NCBI GenBank assembly: GCA_045535275.1
Contig: JAZSLH010000049.1
Location: 1-51,949 of the forward strand
Reading direction: 5' to 3'
DNA: 51,949 bases
From: Acutalibacteraceae bacterium
GTDB taxonomy: Bacteria > Bacillota > Clostridia > Oscillospirales > Acutalibacteraceae
Shown here: in pieces, positions 9,619-19,371 of the stretch
How the letters are laid out: the number at the start of each line of letters is the position of its first letter
How positions within the stretch are numbered: position 1 is the first letter of the stretch
Made by a program: the position numbers and the translations under genes
The notes under the pieces: generated by a model
Told to the model about the DNA's origin: nothing
The model's database searches: none
The model's input: the letters and a program-made list of their open reading frames with translations, nothing else

Positions 9619-11700
9619 TTATTTCTTCTCTACTTTCTTTCTGGTAGGACATTCGCTGTTCATACAATACTTTCGGCCGCGAAGTCCCGACAGAATAAAT
9701 CCTCCGCATTCGGGACACACATCTCCGGTTGGAACATTTGGTGCAGCAAAATCACAAGCAGGATAATTGCTACAACCGTAGAACTTTTTACCGGTTTTTT
9801 TGGAATTTCTTTTTATAAGTTTTGAACCACATTTTGGACAGGGTGTTTTTATTTCGTCCTCGGGAACAGGTTTTGTGTTTTTACATTCTGGATAACCCGG
9901 ACAAGCAAGGAATTTTCCAAAACGGCTTGATTTAACTACCATTTTTCTTCCGCATTTATCACAAACAGTTTCGGTTTCAACTACAGGGATTTTGATTCTT
10001 TTTCCTGTAAGATTGCTTTCGGCTTTCTTAAGAGAAATACTGAAATCGTTGTAAAAATCATCAATAATCTCATTCCATACAAGTTCTCCGGAACCAATAC
10101 TGTCAAGATTATTTTCCATTCCGGCGGTAAATTTAACATCCATTATTTTCTTGAAGTGTTCGACAAGAAGGTCAGATACAACTATACCCAGAGAAGTAGG
10201 TTTAAACGACTTCTTTTCTTTTTCAATATATTCACGCTGTTGAATAACCGAAATAATTGGAGCATAGGTTGAAGGACGTCCAATTCCGTTATCTTTAAGA
10301 GCCTGAATAAGTGTAGGTTCAGTATATCTTGAAGGCGGTTGTGTAAAATGCTGATTTGGAGCAAGAGATTTAAGTTTGAGCAAATCGCCTTCTCGCATTT
10401 CGGGAAGAGATGTTATGTCAGATGAATCATCATCCTTGCCCTCTTCGTAAAGAACAGTATATCCGTCAAATTTAACCGAATATCCGCTTGTCTTAAATAG
10501 ATATCCGTTTGACGTAATATCAACATTAACAGTATCTTGTACACAATTAGCCATTAATGAAGCAATGAAACGTTCCCAAACAAGTTTATAAAGTTTATAC
10601 TGGTCTGAGGTGAGACTTGCTCTTACCGAGTCAGGCGTCAAATTAACATTAGTAGGACGTATGGCCTCGTGAGCGTCCTGAATATTGGCTTTTGATTTAT
10701 AAACACGGGGCGATTTTGGAAGGTATTTTTCACCGTATTTTGACAGAATATATTTGTTTCCGGCATTTCTTGCATCATCAGAAATTCTAAGTGAGTCGGT
10801 TCGCATATAGGTTATAAGACCCGTTGAACCAACACCGGCAATATCAACACCCTCATAAAGAGATTGAGCAATACGCATTGTTTTTTGACCTGTAAAGCCA
10901 AGTTTACGCGATGCTTCTTGTTGTAGTGTAGCGGTAATAAAAGGAGCAGCAGGCTGTTTATTTCTGATACCCTTCTTCAGTTTGCTGACAGTATAAACCG
11001 CATTCTCGAGTTCGCCGACGATTTTTTCGGCGTGTTGTTGGTTTGAAAGTTCAATTTTTGTCCCGTTACTGCTTCCGTAGAAGGCTGCAGTAAAAGTCTT
11101 TCTGTTTGCAGTTAGTTTCGCATCGAGTGTCCAGTATTCGACAGGAACAAAAGCGTTGATTTCCTTTTCCCTATCAACTATAAGACGCAGTGCAACTGTT
11201 TGAACACGTCCAGCGGAAAGTCCGCTTTTAACCTTTTTCCAAAGGAAAGGACTAAGGTTGTAACCAACAATTCTGTCGAGAACTCGACGGGCTTGTTGTG
11301 CGTTTACAAGATTCATATCAATCTTTCTGGGTGAAGTCATTCCCGCCTTAATACCGCTTTCGGTAATTTCGTTAAAGGTGACCCTGTTGGCATCATTAAG
11401 ATTTAATGCCAAAAGTTGAGCCAAGTGCCACGAAATAGCCTCTCCTTCACGGTCCGGGTCGGTAGCAAGATAAACAGCGTCACTATTTGCGGCCGCTAAC
11501 TGAAGTTCTTTAATAAGGTCTTTTTTATCCTGCATATTGATATATTTAGGTGCAAAGCCGTGTTCAATATCAACACCAAGTTGAGATTTAGGTAAATCTC
11601 TAACATGGCCTTTTGATGCCATTACAGTATAATCAGTGCCTAAGGTTTTTTTAACCGTTTTAATTTTTGACGGTGACTCAACAATTACTAATTTAGACAA
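9619..11700 (-). CDS. topA: DNA topoisomerase I
   Basis: Toprim N-terminus (LVIVESPSK, DPDREGE), active-site region ITYMRTDS, and C-terminal CxxC zinc ribbons. Confidence 0.95.
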   Translation of the reverse strand: MSKLVIVESPSKIKTVKKTLGTDYTVMASKGHVRDLPKSQLGVDIEHGFAPKYINMQDKKDLIKELQLAAANSDAVYLATDPDREGEAISWHLAQLLALNLNDANRVTFNEITESGIKAGMTSPRKIDMNLVNAQQARRVLDRIVGYNLSPFLWKKVKSGLSAGRVQTVALRLIVDREKEINAFVPVEYWTLDAKLTANRKTFTAAFYGSSNGTKIELSNQQHAEKIVGELENAVYTVSKLKKGIRNKQPAAPFITATLQQEASRKLGFTGQKTMRIAQSLYEGVDIAGVGSTGLITYMRTDSLRISDDARNAGNKYILSKYGEKYLPKSPRVYKSKANIQDAHEAIRPTNVNLTPDSVRASLTSDQYKLYKLVWERFIASLMANCVQDTVNVDITSNGYLFKTSGYSVKFDGYTVLYEEGKDDDSSDITSLPEMREGDLLKLKSLAPNQHFTQPPSRYTEPTLIQALKDNGIGRPSTYAPIISVIQQREYIEKEKKSFKPTSLGIVVSDLLVEHFKKIMDVKFTAGMENNLDSIGSGELVWNEIIDDFYNDFSISLKKAESNLTGKRIKIPVVETETVCDKCGRKMVVKSSRFGKFLACPGYPECKNTKPVPEDEIKTPCPKCGSKLIKRNSKKTGKKFYGCSNYPACDFAAPNVPTGDVCPECGGFILSGLRGRKYCMNSECPTRKKVEKK

Positions 11701-11713
11701 GGCTGTCGTCTCC

Positions 11714-12916
11714 TTAAAATATTATAGAATATCTTCCTCCGGGAATTGCCTTAATATATCCGTACAGTTCAAGTTGCGTAACCGCGGCAAGAATTTCTTC
11801 AAAAGGCAAACCCGAAACTAATAAATCATCAACAGTAAATAACTCTGTATCTATACAATTATATACTATTTTTATTGTTTTTGGAAGACTTTCATCAATA
11901 TTTTTCTTAATTTTTTTATTTGAATCCTCTAAAACTGTAGAATTTTGAGTAATAACAGGTTCTCTGTGGAAGAATTTACTACTATTCAGACTTCTATAAA
12001 GTTTTGTCAGGTTTTCTTTCATAGCACGCTGAACATCAATTATATTTGCAAATTCCACTTCATATTCAGAAAAAACATCTTCAGCGGTGAAAACCGGTTT
12101 TGCTCCGTCTTTTAAAAGAGCGTTTGACCCTTGATAATTTGGGTCGTTAGGACGACCAGGAACCGCAAAAACATCTCTGCCCTGTTCAAGTGCATGTCGG
12201 GCAGTAATCAGTGCTCCGCTTATTTTTGCTGCTTCAATTACAACAATACCACGTGAAATACCCGACAACAGACGGTTTCGAAGTTGAAAAGCATTTCTGT
12301 AGAGCGGTGTACTTGGCGGTAGTTCACTAATTAAACAGCCGTTATCGGCAATGGTTTTGCGGAGAAATTCATTTGTTTTAAGGTATGGATAATTAATTCC
12401 GCAAGGTAAAACGGCAACTGTTTTACCGCCCACCGCAAGTGCACCTTCGTGAGATGCAGCATCTACACCGAGTGCTCCGCCACTTAAAACAAGAATTCCT
12501 CCTAAAGTCAGTCTTGCGGAAAGAGACCAGGCAGATTTAATTCCAAAGTCACTTGCCTCTCTTTTACCTACAAGGCATACTATTGGAAGGTTGTTTATAT
12601 CTTCAAGTTTTCCCTTAACATAAAGACAGGCAGGCGGATTAGAAATTTCTTTAAGTAGTTGTGGATATCTATTATCATCAAAAGATATGATTGTAATCTT
12701 TGTTTCATCACATTCTTTCATAATGCGATATGTTTTATCAAGACTTTTATTGTTAAATCTTTTAAGTTCATTTGCACTTAAAAGATACGATGATTGAAGT
12801 TCGCTTATTGGCGTTTTATATACAGTCAGTGGAGACTTATAGCGTTCTAAAAGCGGTTTTAAATGAGAAGAACCCGCATCTAAACAATTTGAAAGCCATA
12901 CCCAATATTTTATCAT
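11714..12916 (-). CDS. dprA: DNA-processing protein DprA (Smf)
   Basis: Rossmann-like DprA core (LSGGALGVDAASHEGAL, GRDVFAVPG) with a C-terminal winged-helix-like tail. Confidence 0.85.
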   Translation of the reverse strand: MIKYWVWLSNCLDAGSSHLKPLLERYKSPLTVYKTPISELQSSYLLSANELKRFNNKSLDKTYRIMKECDETKITIISFDDNRYPQLLKEISNPPACLYVKGKLEDINNLPIVCLVGKREASDFGIKSAWSLSARLTLGGILVLSGGALGVDAASHEGALAVGGKTVAVLPCGINYPYLKTNEFLRKTIADNGCLISELPPSTPLYRNAFQLRNRLLSGISRGIVVIEAAKISGALITARHALEQGRDVFAVPGRPNDPNYQGSNALLKDGAKPVFTAEDVFSEYEVEFANIIDVQRAMKENLTKLYRSLNSSKFFHREPVITQNSTVLEDSNKKIKKNIDESLPKTIKIVYNCIDTELFTVDDLLVSGLPFEEILAAVTQLELYGYIKAIPGGRYSIIF

Positions 12917-13689
12917 TTAGACATCTCCCACATAATTAATGAGGCAGCAACAGCAGCATTAAGCGATTCAGCGTTGCCTTTCATAGAAATTGTGACCTTA
13001 ACATCGCTGTTATTTATAGTTTCATTTGTTAGTCCGTTGGCTTCATTACCAACTATAACTACACAGCCTTGACTAAAAGTTACTTTTTCAAGAGATTGTG
13101 CTTCTGAGTGAACAACAGCAGCGTATGACCTTAAATTTAATGTTCGGAAAAGTTCAAACATATTCTCAGTTTGGTAAATAGGAATTCTTACAAGCGCTCC
13201 CATAGAGGCGCGTAGCGATTTTGGACTATACGGGTCGCAACCTCCCTGTAAAATTATTCCATTTATTCCAAAAGCCTCTGCCGTTCTTGAAATTGCGCCC
13301 AAGTTTGACGGGTCTTGCAGATTCTCAAGGGCAATATACCTTCCACGAGGGTCTAGTTCACTTGCAGAATATGAACTGAATTTGCTAATACATAAAACCC
13401 CTTGAGGATTCACGGTGTCAGATACTTTTTTAAAAAGAGCGTCGGGAAGAATAAAACTCTTTTTGGATTTTTCTGAAATTGCTTTAACGCTTTTAAAGTG
13501 TTTTTCATATGCAGTATCTGAAACAATAAGTGCTTCAATATCATAGTTATTTTGAACTGCGTCGTTACAAATTCTTAAGCCCTCAAGCACAAAACAACCC
13601 CATTCTCTTCTCTTGGCTGAAGATTTTTGAAGTTGGGAAACATATTTAATTACATCATTTTCTTTGCTTGTAATCCTTCTAAATTCCAT
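12913..13689 (-). CDS. TrmH/SpoU-family RNA 2'-O-methyltransferase
   Basis: SpoU motifs (LQDPSNLGAISRTAEAFG, VIVGNEANGL, ESLNAAVAASL). Overlaps the dprA start by 4 nt. Confidence 0.8.
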   Translation of the reverse strand: MEFRRITSKENDVIKYVSQLQKSSAKRREWGCFVLEGLRICNDAVQNNYDIEALIVSDTAYEKHFKSVKAISEKSKKSFILPDALFKKVSDTVNPQGVLCISKFSSYSASELDPRGRYIALENLQDPSNLGAISRTAEAFGINGIILQGGCDPYSPKSLRASMGALVRIPIYQTENMFELFRTLNLRSYAAVVHSEAQSLEKVTFSQGCVVIVGNEANGLTNETINNSDVKVTISMKGNAESLNAAVAASLIMWEMSK

Positions 13690-13707
13690 CTTTTTCCTTC
13701 TCCATTA

Positions 13708-13738
13708 AATAAAAATACGACCGAGGTTTTCCTCGGTC
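13708..13738 (-). terminator. Intrinsic terminator after rplT
   Basis: On the minus strand GACCGAGG-AAAA-CCTCGGTC (13719-13738) is followed by GTATTTTTATTT. Confidence 0.75.
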
Positions 13739-13749
13739 ATATTAAAAGA

Positions 13750-14109
13750 CTATTTATCTAATGCCTTCTTCGAAGCCTTAGCAAGTGTAGCAAAACCTGC
13801 GGGGTCATTAACTGCAAGTTCAGCAAGCATCTTACGGTTTACGGCAATTCCAGCCTTCTTTAAACCGTTCATAAAGGTAGAATAATTCATACCGTTGATT
13901 TTTGCAGCAGCAGAAATACGGGTAATCCAAAGACGACGGAAGTCTCTCTTTTTCTGCTTACGTCCAACATAAGCATAATTTCCAGATTTCATTACAGCCT
14001 CTTTAGCTGTTTTAAAGAGCTTGGATTTTGCGCCAAAATAGCCCTTAGCAAGTTTTAATACTTTATTTCTTCTCTTGCGTGTTGATAACGCACCTTTTAC
14101 TCGTGCCAT
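13750..14109 (-). CDS. rplT: 50S ribosomal protein L20
   Basis: [26 protein letters not shown]..., an unmistakable L20 sequence. Confidence 0.95.
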   Translation of the reverse strand: MARVKGALSTRKRRNKVLKLAKGYFGAKSKLFKTAKEAVMKSGNYAYVGRKQKKRDFRRLWITRISAAAKINGMNYSTFMNGLKKAGIAVNRKMLAELAVNDPAGFATLAKASKKALDK

Positions 14110-14133
14110 TTATATAACCTCCTTGTACTTAGA

Positions 14134-14331
14134 TTATTTGTAAGGAATCATTTTCTTGACTTTTGCTACATTGGTTACGTCAGCAACAACAGTCTTGCGA
14201 AGATTTCTTTTACGTTTAGTGGTCTTCTTATTAAGAATGTGTGATTTGAATGCGTGTGCACGTTTAACTTGTCCTGTTTTAGTAAGTTTAAAACGCTTCT
14301 TTGCACCGCTATGAGTTTTGATTTTGGGCAT
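14134..14331 (-). CDS. rpmI: 50S ribosomal protein L35
   Basis: [20 protein letters not shown]..., 65 aa, located between infC and rplT. Confidence 0.95.
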   Translation of the reverse strand: MPKIKTHSGAKKRFKLTKTGQVKRAHAFKSHILNKKTTKRKRNLRKTVVADVTNVAKVKKMIPYK

Positions 14332-14356
14332 TTTAAATCCTCCTTAAGAATTTTAA

Positions 14357-14878
14357 TTACTTTGTTGGCTTGGGAGCAAGGAACATAAGCATGTTACGGC
14401 TCTCCATTTTTGCAGGTTTTTCGATTACAGCGTATTCCTGACAGTATTCAGCAAAACGTGACATAATTTCAAGTCCGATTTCGGGATGACCAAGTTCGCG
14501 GCCGCGGAATCTAATAGAAACCTTAAGTTTGTTACCTGATTTAAGAAACTGAATTGCATGGTTTCCTTTGGTTTCAAAGTCATGTTTGTCAATACTGAGG
14601 CCAAGACGGATTTCCTTGGTTTCAATTACCTTTTGATTCTTTCTTGCTTCTTTTTCGCGTTTTGCAATATCAAAACGATATTTACCGTAATCCATAATTT
14701 TACATACGGGCGGATTCGCATTAGGCGAAACATTTACAAGGTCAAGGTCTTTTGAGTAGGCTGCTTCAAGTGCATCTTTTATTGGAAGGATTCCAAGTTG
14801 AGAGCCGTCGGCATCAATAACTCTAACCTCTTTAAAAGTAATTTGTTCGTTAATAGGAATATCTTTTGCGCTGATAAT
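14357..14878 (-). CDS. infC: Translation initiation factor IF-3 (ATT start)
   Basis: IF-3 sequence INEQITFKEVRVIDADGSQLGI... The ORF-track N-terminus (MIYCGRFLP...) is leader read-through. GGAGGTG at 14882-14888 followed by 3 nt (TTA) then an in-frame ATT at 14878-14876 gives IISAKDIPINE, the typical IF-3 N-terminus. Confidence 0.85.
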   Translation of the reverse strand: MISAKDIPINEQITFKEVRVIDADGSQLGILPIKDALEAAYSKDLDLVNVSPNANPPVCKIMDYGKYRFDIAKREKEARKNQKVIETKEIRLGLSIDKHDFETKGNHAIQFLKSGNKLKVSIRFRGRELGHPEIGLEIMSRFAEYCQEYAVIEKPAKMESRNMLMFLAPKPTK

Positions 14879-15017
14879 TAACACCTCCAAATAATAAAAC
14901 AAAACGGACGGCAAAAACCGTCCGCAATAAATCACAATAACACAAAAAAGTATATTGATTTATTAACCCTTTCAGTAAACCTTTAGGGTGAGAACGGTTA
15001 AGCTCTTCTTTGTTTTC
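14879..15017 (-). promoter_or_regulatory. infC-rpmI-rplT 5' leader, L20-leader-like, with attenuator hairpin
   Basis: About 140-nt untranslated leader between a sigma-A-like promoter and the infC SD. Stem CGGACGG/CCGTCCG (14905-14911 with 14918-14924) is followed on the minus strand by TTTTGTTTT, immediately before the SD. This fits L20-mediated attenuation as described in Bacillus. Confidence 0.5.
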
Positions 15018-15023
15018 TAATAC

Positions 15024-15051
15024 ATTATACACGATTAAGAAAAAAAGTCAA
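15024..15051 (-). promoter_or_regulatory. Sigma-A-type promoter of the infC operon
   Basis: Minus strand reads TTGACT (15051-15046), 16 nt, TATAAT (15029-15024). Confidence 0.6.
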
Positions 15052-15058
15052 GGTTTTT

Positions 15059-16081
15059 TTATTCAATTATTAATTCTTTCATTGAACGAACCTGATAATC
15101 AATATCCTTAAGTAGACTTGGGTTTTTAAGAGCCAGGGCTGCACCCTTAATTATACTATGGGAAGGGTCTGTAGAATGAATTATTTTTGTGCCTATAAAT
15201 TCCTCCAAAAACTGTGCCATTCCATATATAAGAGAACCGCCTCCGGTTAAATGTATTCCGTTTTCCATAATATCGGCAACAACATCAGGGTCGGTCTTTT
15301 CAAGAACCTTGCGAACCGCATTAGAAATTGTTACCGCAATATCGAAAACAGTTTCATAAACCTGACCCGAAGTAATTTCAAAGGTTTCGGGCAAACCTGT
15401 GCGAAGATTCTTTCCTCTTGCAATCATAGTAATTTCAACAGGTCGTTGAACAACTGTACCAACGCGCTTTTTAATCAGTTCGGCAGTAAGCGGACCAATT
15501 TCAATGTTAAAATTACGTCTAACAAATTTAATTATCGCATCATCAAAATCGTTAGAGGCAACCTTAAAACTATCGCACTGAACTATACCGCCCATAGAAA
15601 TTGAAGCAATATCAGTAACACCTGCTCCAAGGTCAACAACCATAGCACCTTTTGCCTGTGAAAAGTCGACACCTACACCGAGCGCTACCGCAAGAGGACT
15701 AGCAATAACGGTAACATTTCGGCCTCCGCTTTCTTCTATTACCTTTCCCATAAATCTGTGCTGAAGTTCTGTAAGACCGGTTGGTAAACAGGCTATAACT
15801 CTTGGACGTATAATTTTATTTCCAAAAGCGTCGAGCATATATTTAGACATCATTTCTAAAGCAACATCATAGTCGGCAATAGCGCCGTGCTCAATAGGCT
15901 GAACACATAAGAGAGTTTCAGGAGTTCTACCCATAGATTCTTTTGCCTTTTCGCCAAAGAAAATGGGCTCATAACTTTCTGCATCGACTGTAACCATTGT
16001 CGCCTCTTCAAGTATTATTCTTGAGTTGCCGTAAATTACGGTTTTTGAAGTTCCTAAATCAATTGCAATATCAACAGACAT
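15059..16081 (-). CDS. mreB: Rod-shape-determining actin homologue MreB/Mbl
   Basis: Actin-fold phosphate motifs (DLGTSKT, VVDLGAGVTD, LTGGGS), 340 aa. Confidence 0.85.
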   Translation of the reverse strand: MSVDIAIDLGTSKTVIYGNSRIILEEATMVTVDAESYEPIFFGEKAKESMGRTPETLLCVQPIEHGAIADYDVALEMMSKYMLDAFGNKIIRPRVIACLPTGLTELQHRFMGKVIEESGGRNVTVIASPLAVALGVGVDFSQAKGAMVVDLGAGVTDIASISMGGIVQCDSFKVASNDFDDAIIKFVRRNFNIEIGPLTAELIKKRVGTVVQRPVEITMIARGKNLRTGLPETFEITSGQVYETVFDIAVTISNAVRKVLEKTDPDVVADIMENGIHLTGGGSLIYGMAQFLEEFIGTKIIHSTDPSHSIIKGAALALKNPSLLKDIDYQVRSMKELIIE

Positions 16082-16121
16082 TTAATCACCACTTTTATTA
16101 TAAACAAGATACGCGATTATT

Positions 16122-16838
16122 TCAAGCAGAATTGTCGGCTTTTTCATTATATCCTTTTGAAACAAGAGCAGTAACGCAATACACCTTATTTGCACCAGCA
16201 AACTTAAGTTGTCTTGCGCATTCATCGAGGGTTGCACCCGAAGTCTTTATATCATCAACAAGCAACACATTTTTATTTTGTATTTTCTTAACAAAGTAGT
16301 ATGAATCTCTGACATTTTTAAATCTTTCAGAAATGCTTTTAATATCGTGCTGCGTTTTTACATTATTGTGCTTTTTCAAAATATCGCAATCAAGTTGAAT
16401 ATTCAAAACTTGCGAAATCTGCTTTGCTAAAAGTTCACTTTGATTATATCCGCGAAGGCGCTTAGAAAAAAGACTTGAAGGAACAAAAGTTATAATATCA
16501 ATATTTTCTATGCCGAATTTATTGGCGGAGGTTTTCGCCATAACATCGCCAACAAGCGAAACACAGGTAAATTTTCTATTAAATTTATAATTATAAATAA
16601 CCTCTTGTGCGTAACCGTCGTTATAATAAGGGGCAACCATTCCGTCAAAATGATAAACAAACCTTGAACATTCACAAAATTTCACATTCATCCCACAGTT
16701 AAAACACGTTTCGTCTTTAATGGGCTGAACAAGTCCACTACATCTATCGCAATAATCATCAAACAGCAATGCTTTGTCGCAAATTGGACATTTAGGCGGG
16801 TAGAGAGTATCAAGAAATGCTTCAATTATTCTATTCAT
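16122..16838 (-). CDS. comFC: ComF-family protein (ComFC-like phosphoribosyltransferase)
   Basis: N-terminal CPICD...CDRC zinc-finger pairs and PRT motif VLLVDDIKTSGATL. Overlaps the recD2 stop by 8 nt. Confidence 0.8.
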   Translation of the reverse strand: MNRIIEAFLDTLYPPKCPICDKALLFDDYCDRCSGLVQPIKDETCFNCGMNVKFCECSRFVYHFDGMVAPYYNDGYAQEVIYNYKFNRKFTCVSLVGDVMAKTSANKFGIENIDIITFVPSSLFSKRLRGYNQSELLAKQISQVLNIQLDCDILKKHNNVKTQHDIKSISERFKNVRDSYYFVKKIQNKNVLLVDDIKTSGATLDECARQLKFAGANKVYCVTALVSKGYNEKADNSA

Positions 16839-19038
16839 ATCTGTTACCGGTTAAAAAATATTTTAATGCTGTGTATCGTAAAGTTTTACGGTCGTTTTCA
16901 ATCATATCAACAAATATATCGACATCGCCGACAAGAACGATAAGGTTTTTAGCCCTTGTTATTGCGGTATAAAGTAAGTTGCGATAACGCAAAAGCACAG
17001 AGATATCATATAGCGGTATAACAACACACTTAAACTCGCAACCTTGGCTCTTATGTACTGTTATTGCATAAGCAAGTTCAAGTAGACCTAAATTTTCTTC
17101 ATAATATGTTGCTACTTTATCGTCATATCGTACTTTTAGAGTTCGATTTTTTAAATCAATCTCCTCAATAAAACCAATATCCCCGTTATAAATTCCTGAA
17201 CCTGATTCTCCTCGTTCGTTAACCCAAAGAATGTCATAATCGTTCTTTATATGCATAACTTTATCACCAATTCTAAACGAATTACCTTTAAAGTTAAGTT
17301 CAATTCCGTTTTCTTTGATGGGGTTAAGTTCGTCCTGCAGTAAAGCGTTTATATTAACTGTTCCGCATTCTTTTTTTCTTGATGGAGATAACACCTGAAT
17401 ATCATTAAACGGGTCAAAATTGTAGGCAGTAGGCAATCTTGATGAGCATAAATCAACAATTGTTTTTACGGTTGAATTAACGCCGTTTCTCTTAAGGAAG
17501 AAGAAATCATTAGCCTTTTTGAAGTCGGTCGGTACTTGTCCGTTAATTATCCTATGTGCAAAAGTAACTATTGAACTTTCGGCTGCCTGTCTGAATATCT
17601 TTTTAAGCCGTACAAATGGCACTATTTCAGAAGCAATCAAATCATTAAGCACATTTCCGGCACCTACGCTCGGAAGTTGGTCACAGTCACCTACCAAAAG
17701 AATTCTTGTGTTTATTCTAGTTGCTTCAAGTAATGCTCTGAATAACTGCACATCTACCATTGACATCTCATCAATAATTATAACGTCATAATCTAGCGGA
17801 TTAGATTTATTTTTTGCAAATGTTTGGGTTGTACCGTCTCTCCACTCAATTTCTAGAAGTCTATGGAGTGTAGATGCACTTCTTCCCGTAAGTTCGGTCA
17901 TACGCTTTGCGGCTCGTCCTGTAGGAGCAGCAAGAGCAATACTTAAGTTTCTGTTATCGAAAATTTCAAGGATAGCATTAAGCGTTGTGGTTTTACCCGT
18001 GCCCGGTCCGCCTGTCAGAATAAAGAAACTGTTTCTCATTGCTTCGTTAACGGCCGCAATCTGAACAGGGTCGAACTTAATACCAAGCCTTTTTTGAACA
18101 AAGTCAAGTTCTTGCTCTGAAATGTTGTATAAACTTATATTGTTATTCAAAGCGGCTTTTACGCGACCGCTAATATATTCCTCTGCTAAAGCATATTCGG
18201 GTAAAAAGACATACTCTGTTTTATCAATAACATATTCAAACGCACTCATCGTATCAACGAGTATATTAAGTCCTTGTTCAATTGCTTCAGTGCTTACGCC
18301 AAGTAACTTTAGAGCAACACTTAACAGTTTATCTTTAGGCAAACAGGTATGTCCGTTTGAAAGATTTGAACGCATAACATAAAGTATTCCTGCAGTAACC
18401 CTATTAGTATCACTCATATCAATACCAAGATTTTCCGCAATCTCATCAGTGCGTTCAAACGAAAATCCGATACCCTCACTGCACAAGGCGTAAGGGTTTT
18501 GTTTAATTATTTCAATACTGTTTGTACCAAGAACCTTGAAAATATCGGTTGCTTCTGTAGGTGATATATTAAAGCGAGATAGGGTTATCATAATGTCACG
18601 TATTCCGAACTGCTGTTTAAACTGTTCGGAAATTGACTGTGCTTTTTCTGTTGATATACCTTTAATAACAGTTAACTTATAAGGAAAGTTTTCAATTATA
18701 TCAAAAGTATCTTCCTTAAATTGTTTAACTATTTTTAAGGCTGTAGCCGGGCCGACGCCTTTAATAGCGCCGCCCGATAAATATTTTAGAATTTGAGCCT
18801 GTGTTGTTGGAACTGCAATTTCGCAAAAAGTAGATTTAAACTGCTGTCCATATGTAGAATGAATAACATAATTACCGTAAAAAGTTACAGCGTCACCCTC
18901 ATTGATAACGGGCATAGTTCCGGTAACTACAACCGTTTCTTCGGCGGTCTTTAATTTTAAAACAGTATAACTATTTTCTTTGTTTCTATAGGTAACGGTT
19001 TCAACCGACCCATTAATTTTTATTTCTTCGTTAATCAT
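16831..19038 (-). CDS. recD2: SF1B ATP-dependent RecD2-like DNA helicase
   Basis: LTGGPGTGKTT Walker A, IIIDEMSMVD Walker B, LVGDCDQLPSVGAGN, and C-terminal AITVHKSQGCEF and YTAITRAK motifs. Confidence 0.85.
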   Translation of the reverse strand: MINEEIKINGSVETVTYRNKENSYTVLKLKTAEETVVVTGTMPVINEGDAVTFYGNYVIHSTYGQQFKSTFCEIAVPTTQAQILKYLSGGAIKGVGPATALKIVKQFKEDTFDIIENFPYKLTVIKGISTEKAQSISEQFKQQFGIRDIMITLSRFNISPTEATDIFKVLGTNSIEIIKQNPYALCSEGIGFSFERTDEIAENLGIDMSDTNRVTAGILYVMRSNLSNGHTCLPKDKLLSVALKLLGVSTEAIEQGLNILVDTMSAFEYVIDKTEYVFLPEYALAEEYISGRVKAALNNNISLYNISEQELDFVQKRLGIKFDPVQIAAVNEAMRNSFFILTGGPGTGKTTTLNAILEIFDNRNLSIALAAPTGRAAKRMTELTGRSASTLHRLLEIEWRDGTTQTFAKNKSNPLDYDVIIIDEMSMVDVQLFRALLEATRINTRILLVGDCDQLPSVGAGNVLNDLIASEIVPFVRLKKIFRQAAESSIVTFAHRIINGQVPTDFKKANDFFFLKRNGVNSTVKTIVDLCSSRLPTAYNFDPFNDIQVLSPSRKKECGTVNINALLQDELNPIKENGIELNFKGNSFRIGDKVMHIKNDYDILWVNERGESGSGIYNGDIGFIEEIDLKNRTLKVRYDDKVATYYEENLGLLELAYAITVHKSQGCEFKCVVIPLYDISVLLRYRNLLYTAITRAKNLIVLVGDVDIFVDMIENDRKTLRYTALKYFLTGNRYE

Positions 19039-19371
19039 TCAATTCTCCGTATTTAAAAAAGTATGTATCTGACTTTCATCAATTATAGAGATGTTGTAAC
19101 TATCAGCAAGTTCTCTGCAACACTCAAGCACTTCTTTGTCTTCAAGGTGGTTTATTGCAACTATTTTATGGGCAAATTGTTTTCCTGACCATTTATACTG
19201 TTCAATAACATAGCGTAAATCAAGTTCAGCAAAATCATCTTTAAGAATACAAAAAACAATTCTGTTGTTGCGATTTTTAGTTTTCAGTAACGCCAGACGG
19301 ACACTTTGAAATATATCGCACAAACCAACAATTGAAAAGAAAAGAATCAATAAAAAAATTACTACTGACAT
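19039..19371 (-). CDS. Hypothetical small membrane-anchored protein (110 aa)
   Basis: ATG preceded by GAGGTG. N-terminal hydrophobic helix VVIFLLILFFSIVGL. Its TGA stop directly abuts the recD2 ATG (TGAATG). I recognise no family. Confidence 0.5.
   Translation of the reverse strand: MSVVIFLLILFFSIVGLCDIFQSVRLALLKTKNRNNRIVFCILKDDFAELDLRYVIEQYKWSGKQFAHKIVAINHLEDKEVLECCRELADSYNISIIDESQIHTFLNTEN

Noticed and set aside
14850-15032. 60-aa ORF in the infC upstream region, and the N-terminal extension of the infC ORF to 14935.
   Set aside because: Both lie inside the promoter, leader and attenuator region. The real IF-3 N-terminus starts at ATT 14878, directly after the SD.
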